Source: Macrostomum lignano
Taxonomy: Eukaryota
Assembly (NCBI GenBank): GCA_002269645.1
Contig: NIVC01003734.1
Span: 15,671-79,670 of the forward strand
Reading direction: 5' to 3'
DNA length: 64,000 bases
The translations under genes and the position numbers were made by a program. Below, in pieces: positions 52,748 to 64,000 of the stretch. Position 1 is the stretch's first letter. The number at the start of each line of letters is the position of its first letter. The notes beneath the pieces are model-generated. The model worked only from the letters and a program-made list of their open reading frames with translations, had not been told where the DNA came from and did no database searches.

Positions 52748-54607
52748 TATGGCTATTTAATTATCAAAACATCTTGTCACGCAAAAACAACTCAAATCAG
52801 CAAGAATGAATTGTCACCCGATGTTTTGCTTCCAAAACCACAGTTCGATGGGTAGAATGATCAAATAACAGAGGTACCTGGTATTAACTGGAGTTAAGTC
52901 AATTGGGCCAAGAATATGAGCTAACTTATGCGACTGAGAGAGCGCGCATCAATAAAATTTGCACAAAACTATGTGTGGTTAAAGATTGGTGACAGTTTCA
53001 ACAAGCCTCCAACTTTTGAATTTAGCTTTGTTCCACCGACACCGACTACTGATGAGCATATCTTCTAAAAAACTATTCAATTACTTCTAATTAACATAAT
53101 AACCGTTTGATTTGTTGAATTCGCCTCTTTCGCTTCTCTAGTTCGATTGCATTTTAAGCCTCGTGATGAGTATATGGGCAATGTAGTCAGGCATTGCTGC
53201 CAGTGCCTGCTGCAATGGCAGCTGTAAAGAGCGGAAAACAGACAGGCTGGTACAGGATAATACAGAATATTTCAGACGTGAACTTGCTCCAACTTTATGC
53301 ACGTGTCATATTGCGCAGGTGAAGTCTAGCTAAGATGCAGTTATTGAGCTTTTTGGTATATTAGTCCTCAACTCAGCGCTTCCAAGGCCTTAACGACATG
53401 CTCTCGAGCTGCTATGCCTTTTTGTGTCTTCGATGACTGAAAGTTCAAAACCGCAGCTTCAATGAAGCTCCCCCTCAAGGAAGATCTCCAATCACCATCT
53501 CCAATGAAGACCCTGAAGGTAACAGGGGCCTCCGGAGCAGCTTGAGTCAGCTGGGTCATCGATGGCTGAATGCAAATGCAAAGGAGCATCTCAGTTGTGG
53601 AAACAGAGAGAGAGGCGTATACGAATTCATTAACGAAGTTTAAACCCGATTGAAAAGTTCTATGGTTTGGTTTCGATCAGTTGCCTCACACCTGACGACT
53701 CAATTTTTGCTGACCGTCGCAGAATTTTCTCCCAGCGACCCTGCCGGGAGCCTGAGGGCTCCCTCCCTGCTCAGCACGCGACTCTCTGCTCCGCATGAAG
53801 CCGCCCCGAGCCGAGAGCAGCGCGGCTGACGGCCCTTGGCCAGTTGGCGCCCCAATCAACAACCTCCCCAAATCGAAGCCTTGGAATCCATTTTTCCCTT
53901 TCTCACTCCTCGCTTTGGCGAAAAAAACTTTTTTTCCACCGCAGCCGTCTTCCAGTCTTCACCTTCTGCTGCTCACGGGGGCGAACAGCAACTGTTCAGC
54001 ATCGATTTTTGAGCAGCGTCAACAGCCTCGAGGAACCTTCCTGCCCCGGCCGCAGCTGCAGCTCCTGTCGGGAATTTTTTGCAGGGAAAAAGCTGAATTT
54101 TTGCAACGCTTAGCGAAATATTTTTGCTGGGATCTTTTTCAATCTTTTTCTGTTCAATTATAGCCAGGAGAAACTGAAAGCGGAGATGAGCTTTGTCAAA
54201 GCTCTGACTTTCATTTGACTTGACTCAAAGTTCGAGCAAATACTCACAACTGCTTTGTTTAAATTGCTATTTCAGTATTTTAAACAATCAAGCATAGCCA
54301 AGTTAAACATAGTCTGGACAGTGACAACTAGCGGGACGCTTCACTGAATCTCGCCTTGATGCTTGGCTTTTTTTGGTCCTTCCTCCTTCCTTATAAATAT
54401 TTTATAACATAAACGAAAGGGCTTTATCACAAAGACAGGCAAATAAAAAGTTTTCTTATTATTTAAGCAGTTTTATGTTTTTAGTTTCCCGCGTGTTATC
54501 AGTGAGAACTGACATCTTCTCACAGTCAGAGCATTCGAATTTTAAATTTATTCTCCAAGGTTGATTCAAATTTTTGTCAAGCCAATGCTACCAACTAAGC
54601 TACTGAG

Positions 54608-55456
54608 CTAGCTGCTGAGCAACTGAGCTAGCTGCTGAGCAACTGAGCTAAGAAAGTGGCCAGGCTTTCCACATTGATTGCAGGTGGCTCTCAGGGCTCG
54701 GCAGTCAGCGGGCTTCTGGTGCGATCTCAACCCGCAACGCTGACAGCGCTGGTGTCCGAAGTTCTGCTTCTGCCTCATAACCGAATTAACGTTGACAGAG
54801 CCGGAGCTATCCGGATGGCAGTGAGCTTCATCAGCCGTAGTCAGACCCGCGGTCGACAGCGACCTAGCCTGGTGCACCACCGAATCCACGAGAGTCGAGT
54901 GAGCAGCAGCCTGGGACCCAGCTGAAAAGTTGCTGACCATCAGCAGCTGCTGAACATATTCTGTGACCTGATCGACCGTCAGTTCTTGAGTCACTTCACA
55001 CTCGAGCACCTTGTTCCTGATGTTCGAGTTGGCCAGACCGGCAATGAGCCGCATCTTGATGAGCGCTTCGGCGGGGTCCGCTCCTTCCTTTTTCAGGCTC
55101 TCGAACTCGCATACGACGGCTTGCTCCCTGAGACGAGCGGCATAGCTGGTGACGGTTTCGCCTTCGGCCTGGCGCATAGACATGAAGGCTGTCCTCTCAG
55201 CGATCTGCAGTTTCTTCTTGGGCTCCACAAACGCCAGTAGGCATTGCTTGATTTCAGACCATTTCATCGCAGACGGGGTTTTTGGAGCAACCAGCTGCTT
55301 GACTTTTATGAGCTCAGCGACCCCGAGGCAGCCCATGAAAGCGTCGGTCAGCGCTCGTCTCTCGTCGGTATCTTCGACTCCTTTGGATCTGGCCTGGGCG
55401 TCAAATACTTCAACCCAGGCGCGAAGCTCATCTATGTTGCTCAACGGCAGCATCAT
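54608..55456 (-). mobile_element. Ty3/gypsy-like gag remnant
   Basis: 282-aa ORF with gag-like RQAEGETVTSYAARLR and RLIAGL segments and C-terminal zinc-knuckle motifs (CQRCG..H...C, CNQCGKPGHF). It is truncated, and no pol or LTR was recognised. Confidence 0.75.
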
Positions 55457-55624
55457 TTTCTTTGATCTGTAGCGTAATACTCGAAAAGCCTTTAGAAAAA
55501 ATTCGAAATGCCATGGCTAAAAAAATTAATGACCTGTCCAAATTAATTTTAGCGGTCATTTTGGTTACAGCAGCTCATCTACCCGGGCGGTCTGGTTCCC
55601 GGCATCCGTGAGGATCTCTTTGCT

Positions 55625-56090
55625 TTGCTTGCTTTTCGTTCTGTGAGGGCAGTTCTGCAGTCCGAGGCCCTACCTGACCACCAGAGGGTGGCACTGTTTC
55701 AGGTAGTGCTCGAGACCCTCCTGCTGTGCAACACCGAGACCTGGACGCTGACAGACTCACTTGAGCAGCTGCGCATCGCCTTCAAGATCGGCGACGAGCG
55801 AGTCACCAATGCGACACAGCATCGCCGCGCCGGCCGTGTCCGTCCAAGCCGCCTGTTGCGCCGTCAGCGACTCCAGCTGGCAGGCCACATCATCCGCGCC
55901 GAGTCGCACTGCCCGCAGCCGGTGCAGGAGGTGCTGCTGACGCTGCAGGCACCCTACTGGCAGGGACAGGCGCGGACTCGGCATTTCGTCGACTGCCTGC
56001 TGGCTGATGCCGGCGCCCCGGATTCGGTCGGCGGCGCGGCCTTCTTTCGCGAACCGGCTCAGAAGCGCGCCCTGTGACGCTGACTTCTAA
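55625..56090 (+). mobile_element. 5'-truncated RTE-type LINE remnant (post-RT region)
   Basis: LLLCNTETWTLT...RRQRLQLAGHIIR matches the LLYGxETWxL / RRLRWxGHxxR motifs that follow the RT domain of RTE-clade retrotransposons. Confidence 0.7.
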
Positions 56091-56139
56091 AGACCCTGGC
56101 AGAGTATTTTGTTTTTTGTAAGGGGGGGGGGCGCCAGTA

Positions 56140-56645
56140 TTTGGTGTCTTGGCGTCCCTGTGTCTTGGTTGGCGCCCTGTGTCTTGGTTGGCGCCCTGTG
56201 TCTTGGTTGGCGCCCTGTGTCTTGGTTGGCGCCCTGTGTCTTGGTTGGCGCCCTGTGTCTTGGTTGGCGCCCTGTGTCTTGGTTGGCGCCCTGTGTCTTG
56301 GTTGGCGCCCTGTGTCTTGGTTGGCGCCCTGTGTCTTGACTGGCATCCGTGTCTTGATTGGCGTTCCTGTGTCTTGATTGGCGTTCCTGTGTCTTGATTG
56401 GCGTCCCTGTGTCTTGACTGGCGTCCCTGTGTCTTGATTGGCGTCCCTGTGTCTTGATTGGTGCCCCTGTGTCTTGATTGGCGTCCCTGTGTCTTGACTG
56501 GCGTCCCTGTGTCTTGATTGGCGTCCCTGTGTCTTGATTGGTGCCCCTGTGTCTTGATTGGCGTCCCTGTGTCTTGACTGGCGTCCCTGTGTCTTGGTTG
56601 GCGCCCCTGTGTCTTGGTTGGCGCCCTGTGTCTTGGTTGGCGTCC
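56140..56645. repeat. 19/20-bp minisatellite
   Basis: Tandem GTGTCTTGGTTGGCGCCCT and GTGTCTTGATTGGCGTCCCT. Confidence 0.95.
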
Positions 56646-57269
56646 CTGCCGCCCCCTGTCTCTTGGGCCGTTGAATGCCCCGTCCAAGATGTGACAAACC
56701 GTTCGCGACTGCTTCGGTAGCAAGATGACTAGCTAACTGACTTAAGAATTTGATTGTTAGATAATGAATAAGAAAAAAGGGAATATTTTTATTATCATCT
56801 GAGCCACATGTTTATACCCTTAGGTTACTTACCGGTACAAGGTCATCGACGCTAAAAAGTTCATGAAATACTGGCGACCAAACGGTTACGCTCGAGCAAA
56901 CACGTAAATTGGGCCGATGGACAGAATGAAATTTAAAAAAACACAACACGCGATCAAATTCCTGTGCAGTATCAAATTACGAGCGTACGATAAAATCTTT
57001 CCAACTTTCTCCGGATTTCAGAGCCTTAAAATGCGAGTGCGTATTGGCATTTTTCTTTTTTTGTGAGCACAGAAACAGCTCAGACGTTCAATCTTGATAT
57101 ACGAGCTGCCACTTGGTTTCAAACGCAGTGGATTCCGAATGTCGGTATGAATGATTCCCCAGAAGTCTGAGGCCTGGACCATTGCATCCCCATTTCCCAC
57201 AGCTTGCAAAAGTCGGATGCTAAGTCCCAAACAGCTCAGGTAGCCTAGCAAAGTATTTTGTTTCAAAGC

Positions 57270-57971
57270 TTGTCAAGTAATGTTCAAGGACCACTCAAGT
57301 ACGAGCTGGAAGGACGGGAAACTACGTTTCTTAGAAAAAGTTAAGGAGGCTGCAGTTTTCGCCGAAAAATACACTACGGAGATAGGAACTTTTCACGTTT
57401 TTTCATATTAAAATTGTTATTTCTTTTGATAGGAGGCAGAACCCATGCTCATCTTTTGATATGTTGTGCCTTTCTTATTGCTCTATTGATATTCATAGAG
57501 CTTTTCGTTGAGAAAATCAGGATTCTATGTTTATTTTTTATTCTGCGTACATTTCCTGTACCTAAAAATCATAGAAACGCATGGCACAGTTTGACTCATT
57601 GGTTTTATGAACCTATTTTACCATCTCTGTCACACATATTGCTACACAGTCAGCTAAGAATGATAGAATAGATTCATAACACCAATGAGCTGAGCCGAGA
57701 TATGCAATTTGTACGTACAAGAAACATTTAACATAGAAGAATCCTAATTTTCTGAACGAAAAGCTTTATGAATGTCAATAGAGCTATAAGAAAGGCACAA
57801 CATATCAAAAGATGAGCATTGGGTCTGCCTCCTATCAAAAGAAATAACAGTTTTAATAGGAAAAACGTGAAGAAAAGTTCCATTTTCGGCGAAAACCATG
57901 CAGCTCCTTAACTTTTTCTAAGAACGTAATTTCCCGTCCTTCTACTTGAGTTGTCCTTGACTTAACTTGAC
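57270..57971. mobile_element. Foldback/MITE-like element (long imperfect inverted repeat)
   Basis: About 57270-57605 is an imperfect reverse complement of about 57680-57971 (e.g. GGAAGGACGGGAAA...AGAAAAAGTTAAGGAG versus CTCCTTAACTTTTTCT...TTTCCCGTCCTTC). No TSD was identified. Confidence 0.65.
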
Positions 57972-58704
57972 TTAGCTGCAGGGCGGTCCGAAGACGCAGC
58001 GGGGAGGCGAGCGTCGCCCATTCCGCTAGCCCTGAAGTTGTCCCAGCTAATGTTGCGTTCAAGTAGGATTTGAGCAAAAGCAGACTTCTCGAAAAAAGAA
58101 ACAGGCTCTCAAAAGTGACGCCTCGCCATGGTTTCGAGCGCTTCAGAGGCGCTGATCTGTGGAGGTGGGGTGGGTCAAAGAAATTTGCAAGCAGAAGCAA
58201 TTTCGACAAAAATGCTGAGCGGACAGATTATTCAAGTGGGATCTCTGCCGCCCTGGCAACTGCTGCTGCGGCGGCCCGCTGCACTGCCTGCCAACTGAAG
58301 ACTCGCTGTGGCGAGGATGAGAGGGGTGGGAGCCCAGTGCCAGTGTTTGGACAGCGAATGCGTCTCCCAGTCACCCAGACCCCCGCGCGAGGCGAAGCCG
58401 TGGGTGGGGGGGGACTGCAGCTCTTCGGCAACATGTGGAACTCGGGGCTCTCAAGAGCTGCGCCGTCGCCCCGCTATCCACCTGTGGATCAACTGCTGCC
58501 CCCACCCTCCTCGGACACCCCGGCTTCTACAAGCTGATAAATTCGGGCCCCTTCCACGCTTGCTGTGTGGATCCAACTCTTTCCTGAGCGACACTGCTGA
58601 CGTATCGGTAAGTTTCAATGCTTTCACTGGAAGCATAACTCTGTCTCCTGAGTTCCCTTTGCTTGAGTCATGCCAAGTTTTTCCGTTGCTTTGCAGACAA
58701 CAAG

Positions 58705-61700
58705 ATGCGTCTCACAGTGCTGTTTCTTCTTTCTGTTTGTCTTTTTCTTGCGCTAACCAGCGACGTTGGAGAGTCCTGGGGGTGAGTTTGAGTCATATTT
58801 TTGTCTTCGAATCATTCCTGCCCTTATTTTTTACAGCAGGCTTTTTCAATTAGCGTTGAAGGTGCTGAACAATCCTAACGCCTTTTTTCCACTCGCTTTC
58901 AGATGCGGATGGGCGTGCAAACGCATGCGTCGCATCCGAGCGAGAGCCGCCAGGCTGAGGCGGCTGGCGATTCAGAGGGCCAGGGCCCTCAGGCGCCGCA
59001 TCTTGCTGGCTCGGCGGAGAGCAGCCAGAGCTGCGGCAAGAGCGCGGGCCAGAGCCAGAGCTTGGGCTCGAGCCAGGGCCAGAGCTGCTGCTAGAGCCAG
59101 GGCCAGAGCCAGGGCCATTGCTAGAGCCAGGGCTAGAGCTTTAGCCAAACGGTTGGCAAGAGCCCGCGCAAGAGCTCGCGCAATTGCCAGAGCCAGAGCT
59201 AGAGCTTTGGCCAGACGTGTGGCAAGAGCCCGCGCAAGAGCTCGCGCAATCGCTAGAGCCAAGGCTAAAGCTTTGGCCAGGCGTGTGGCAAGAGCACGCG
59301 CAAGAGCTCGCGCCAAGGCAAGGGCTTTGGCCAGAGCAGCGGCTAGAGCAGCGGCCAGAGCAAGGGCCAGAGCTAAAGCTCGTGCCCGGGCCATCGCCAG
59401 GCGGTTGGCAAAAGCACGAGCCAGAGCTAGAGCAATCGCTAGAGCCAGGGCTAGAGCTTTGGCCAGACGTTTGGCAAGAGCTCGCGCAAGAGCTCGCGCA
59501 ATCGCCAAAGCCAGGGCTAGGGCTTTGGCCAAGGCAGCGGCGAGAGCAAGGGCCAGAGCCAGAGCTCGTGCCCGGGCCGTCGCCAGAGCCTTGGCACGTG
59601 CTAAAGCTAGAGCCCGGGCTAAGGCAAGAGCTGTGGCTAGAGCATTGGCTAGAGCAAGAGCCAGAACGAGAGCACTGGCCCGAGCAAAAGCCAGAGCCCT
59701 GGCCAGGGCAGTGGCCAGAGCCAAAGCTAGAGCAAGAGCCAGAGCTAAAGCATTGGCCAGAGCCAAAGCCCTAATTCGTGCCCGAGCCCGATCTTTGGCG
59801 GCGGCGGCGGCGAGAGTAAAAGCAAGAGCCACAGCCCGAGCGAGAGCCTGGGCCAGGAGACGAGCTCTAGCCCTGAAGCGAGCCAAAGCCACGGCGAGAC
59901 GAAGAGCCAGAGCTCTGGCCAGGGCCGTCGCTAAAGCAAGTAGAAGAGCAAAAGCTTTAGCTAGAGCCAAGGCTAGAAGAGTGGCCAGAGCGGCGGCAAG
60001 AGCGGCGAAGAAGATTCGAGACTGGTTCCGAAGGCGGGCCAAGCGCGGAAGAATCATCAAGAGATCAATCTACCGTCGTGTGAAGCGGCTCAAAACCCGT
60101 TTTGTCAAGTTCGTCAAGCGTCTGTTCCGCAAATGCCCACGAGGATACAAGAAGCGTGGAAATCGTTGCTACCGCCTTTACTGCCCGAAGCCGTACGTCC
60201 GCCGAGGCGCCCGGTGCGTTCGCTACTACCGAATCTACAAGCCCGAAAATGGTGCCCCAAAGGTTTCCGTCGAAGAGGCAGCCGGTGCATCAAGCGCATG
60301 CGCATCATCTGCGCAGCTGGCTATCGAGTTTACCGCGGCAGATGTCACCTGGTCCGGTGCCGTCGTGGATTCATCAAGATCGGTAGAAGCTGCCGCCGCA
60401 GCTGCAAGCCCGGATTCCGACTCCGTGGCCGTTTTTTGCGTTCGCTATCGCTTCGATGCCCCAAGAACTTTTATTACCATCGAAGGCGCTGCGTCCGATT
60501 CCGCGAGGATCGACAAGGTAATTTTTGAAACTGCGAGTAGCATAGCATTTGAAATTGTTGCAATGCAAACCTAAGATGCGCGTGCAATTTTTTACTGTAG
60601 ATGCCCGAGAGGATACCGCAGGAGAGGCAGAAAGTGCTTGCGCACCGTTCGATCGTGCCCGCTTAACTACCGCCGCCGAGGCAGGCGGTGTGTCAAGCGC
60701 TGTGCAAGCGGCCGGGTGCCTCGGCGCATTCGCCGCGGAGTGATCAGGTGCGTTGTCGTCACGTCCAAGTGCCCACTCGGTTACAGTCTGCGACGCGTGC
60801 GACGCGGAAGGCGCTACAGGTACTTTCCTTTAGTAGCAAATGTGAATACAAGATACTTTAAGAACAAAATAAATACTAAGTATTACATCTGCTTCAGGTT
60901 CCGCTGCGTCATCAATGCTGGAAGATGTGCACGTGGATTCAGACGAGTCAAGCGATACAGACGTGGCTTTTCTTGCGTTCGCATTGTCTGCCCGAGACAC
61001 TACAGGAAACGCGGATCTCGATGCGTCTACCGACCACCCAAGGGTGGCAGCCGAAGATGTCCGGCAGGTTACAAAAAGGTGCGAGGCGTCTGCAAGAAGC
61101 TGAACTGCCCGGCCGGCTACGTGCGCAGGGGATCGCGCTGTGTGCACACCAGGTGCCCCCGTTTCTACCGCCGAGTGGGCAGGTTCTGTGCCCGGATACG
61201 CTTCGTTGGCAAATGCCCAAGAGGCTGGCGCAGGACTGGCCGTCTCTGCCGCAGACGTGTGTGCCCGAGCGGCTTCAAGAAAGTTGGTCGCTACTGCATG
61301 CGTAAGTCCTTAACATAAATTGCAGTTCTCACTAAAGATGCAGTCACTTGAGCACTGGGTAATGCAGATAACCCACAACGCTTTAGCGATTTGAATCAAA
61401 TAGAAATAGAAATAGAATTGCGGCTTGCGATTTGCGGATATTTTATCCGACCGAACCAATTTTTCAATAAATATTTACAGGAAAATCCTGTCCATCTGGA
61501 TTTGTCCGACGTGGTCGGGCTTGCTACAGAGGTGAGTTGATCCAAGCTCCTAATTGATGAATGATTCTCAGTTTTTCGAGTAAAGCGCGCGCAGCGACAG
61601 TTATTAAATATTGTTTTAATATTAAAATTTTAGCCCGATGCGCTCGCGGCTTCAAAAAGATGGGAAGCGTGTGCATCAGTGAGTGACTGACGGTTTTGAT

Positions 61701-64000
61701 TAAGTTTTAGTTTTGAACCAGTGTACAGAACGCATTATTGTAACGAATTTAATTATTCGCCCTCCAGGACGCTGTCCAAGCGGCACCAGAACGACGCGGT
61801 ATTTCTGCATCCGCAAGCGTTGCCCGAAATTCTTCAGGCGCGTTGGGCAGAGCTGCGTTAGAGGTTTGATGATCTTGATGCTGACTAGATATCTTTAACA
61901 ATGCTGGATTAGATCTGTGCAGACAATAGTTCAAGAAATTTTCACCTGTTCCTTATGATGACCTACTTCAGCTCGCTGTCCCTCCGGCTACGTGGCCCGC
62001 TCCTACCGCACTAGAGTGTATCTCAAGCATCGTGTTACCGGATACACCAAGAAGTGCACCTGCATTAATGGCAAATCAAGTGCCAAGCCACGGGCAAACT
62101 CCATCGATGTGGCTTTTGTAGTTGACGTGAGCGGCAGCATGGGCCGAGTCATCAGCGCCATCAAGAAAAACATTGTCAACGTCATCAACGTCAACGCTAA
62201 GTCCAGAGTGGTACGTAAAATAAAATCAGCGGAAATTCCCCCTCATCCATCAGGACAATTTGAAAATGATTAATCTTAAACCTTCCACTGTGTCTCCTCA
62301 ATTCAGGTGGACAAATTCATTCTCGTGCCGTTCGCGGACCCAAAAGTGGGACCAGTGACAATCAGCAGAGGTCGGTCCCGCCTGCACAAGAGCAGGCTTA
62401 TCAAAGCGGTCAGGCGCATGCGAGCCAGCGGTGGCGGCGACTGTCCGGAGATGAGCCAGTCCGGCATGTACGAGGCGCTCCGGCGCGTCAAGCGAAACTC
62501 CATCGTCTACGTGTTCACTGATGCCAGTCCGTCGAGACGAGACAAACGGTTGGAAATTTCACTACTTGATTAAACAGTTATCTTTAAAATATTTGCTACA
62601 AATAAACAATCATGCAATAAACCCTTCTAGTCTAGTGCAACAAGAAAATGAAGTAAAAATAAACCATTTGAAACTCCTATTACAGACGACAGGCCGACGT
62701 GCTCCGGCTGTCGAAGAGCAAAAACGTGCAGCTCAACTTCCTGCTCACCGGTCCAATGTGCGGCAAAAGGAATTCGTACAAAAACTTGTCAAAGAAATCG
62801 AAAGGTGCCTGGATCAAAATGAAAAAGGTCGACAACGCACCGCGTTTTGCGCTTCCTCAGCAAGGCCATCCCCAAGGGCGCCACCGCTCTGAGGATGCTG
62901 AACCGGCGCGGACTATCCTCATTCATCAAAGCAAGGAAAACATGCACTTGCCACCGCATTGCCAGAATGAAGGCCCGTTACAAGTACGTCAGCTCGGTCA
63001 AATGCTTTGTCAGGCCTCGGCCAAGCACTGGCCGCTGCTCCAGAATCCTGAACCAGCGAAGGCGACTAAGACGCGCAGCCCAGCTTTACCGGCGTCGCAT
63101 GAGAATTGGCAGGCGGTCAGCGCGGCGAAGAAGCGCCAGGCGATTCCGGGCAGTCAGAAGGCAACTGCGAGCGATTGCAAGAAACCTGAGACGCTGCTAC
63201 AGAAGCAAAACAAGAAGTAAGACGGGCAGCTTCAAAATTTTCAAAATATAAAATTATTTAAATGCTAAGGAAAATTCAGAATTAAAAAAACTATATTTCG
63301 TCAAAGTACTCTCTTGCAAAAGGAAACTAACAAAAAGTCACTAGGATTAAGTTCTAGAGTGGAGTGTATGAGACCAGTATATTATATAATGCTGTGTCAA
63401 TCTACAGAATAGTTGAAGCAAAGAGACTGATGAAGAAAACATAAAACTCGTTTCTTTTTAATAACCTTCAGATTTGTGCAGAAAGGTCAGATGCGGACGG
63501 GGTAGACGCTGTTTCGTCCGAAACATGCGCCGCCGTTTCGGATCTGTCTACCGCTACGTCAGAACCGCATCCTGCAGGCCTGTCAGGAGTAAGAATTTTT
63601 TTTGTAATCCTTCTGGTTCATTCAAGTATTTTTAAGGAGACAAATTCAGTCTCTGAATAACATCACTTGTGTGGCAAAAACTGCTTTTATAGATCTGTGC
63701 AGAAGAGTCCGGTGCAAGTCGGGTTATCGGTGCCGAGTTTCATACCAGCGCAGAATAGTGACGCAGCAGGTGACTCGATTCGTCAGAAAGTGTCCATGCC
63801 GCAAGGTCCTGGTTAAGCCATCCGCCTCCAAAAGAAGACAGGCCTGCGTCGACATGGCGTTCGTTGTAGACACCACAGGAAGCATGGGCAGAGTCATCAA
63901 AGGAATCCGGTCAAGCATCAAGCAGATTGTGGCTGCAAACAGGCGTACAGTCAGTCGCTTCGTCATCTCTGCTTTCAATGATCCAAAGGTAAGGATTAAA
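58705..64000 (+). CDS. Giant secreted Arg-rich protein 2 (3'-incomplete): Arg-Ala repeat, CPxG Cys repeats, at least two vWA domains
   Basis: Signal peptide MRLTVLFLLSVCLFLALTSDVGES. Proposed exons 58705-58781, 58903-~60517, 60601-60819, 60898-61301, 61481-61531, 61634-61678, 61768-61863, 61972-62210, 62307-62548, 62686-~63219, ~63471-63587 and ~63693-63988. Several single-base indels (~60243, ~60430-60510, ~62825) must be corrected to keep the frame. Confidence 0.8.
62100..62765 (+). other. Hemicentin/VWA7-type vWA domain 1 of gene 2
   Basis: IDVAFVVDVSGSMG (DxSxS MIDAS), FILVPFADP, GGGDCPEM and IVYVFTDA, spread over three exons. Confidence 0.85.
63845..63988 (+). other. vWA domain 2 of gene 2 (N-terminal part)
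   Basis: VDMAFVVDTTGSMGRVIKGIRSSIKQIV...FVISAFNDPK, followed by a GT donor at the window end. Confidence 0.8.

Noticed and set aside
53163-53300. Another C/D snoRNA starting GTGATGA
   Set aside because: No suitably placed CTGA D box, terminal stem or recognisable guide sequence.
54608-56090. A single intact retroelement (gag plus RT)
   Set aside because: The gag-like ORF and the RTE-like fragment are on opposite strands and belong to different classes, and both are truncated.

Overview
Eukaryotic, intron-rich animal DNA with GC-rich exons and introns filled by minisatellites. The style resembles the flatworm Macrostomum, but that is inference only. 0-11 kb: AT-rich transposon zone with a Mutator-type MITE (9-bp TSD), a hAT-type MITE (8-bp TSD) and three nested or tandem non-autonomous Helitron-like elements carrying satellites and a tRNA-derived segment. 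13.0-29.6 kb: a complete 13-exon Prp8 (PRPF8) gene of about 2405 aa. It is associated with two copies of a box C/D snoRNA antisense to U6 snRNA (U94/SNORD94-like) and contains a decayed antisense PAN-domain gene. Two of its intron arrays are built from its own 5' splice sites. 31-39 kb: a small secreted prepropeptide-like gene (-) and a multi-exon membrane-protein gene with a degenerate kinesin-like segment (+). 39.8-64 kb: two tandem, related genes for very large secreted Arg/Lys-rich proteins. Gene 1 (about 3300 aa) has a protamine-like core, two SUEL/rhamnose-binding lectin domains and follistatin-N-like Cys modules with Arg-rich inserts. Gene 2 has an Arg-Ala repeat, CPxG repeats and at least two hemicentin-type vWA domains, and runs off the window. 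A gag remnant, an RTE LINE remnant and a foldback element lie between them. All splice models were derived by hand from GT/AG signals and reading-frame phase, and no database searches were run.
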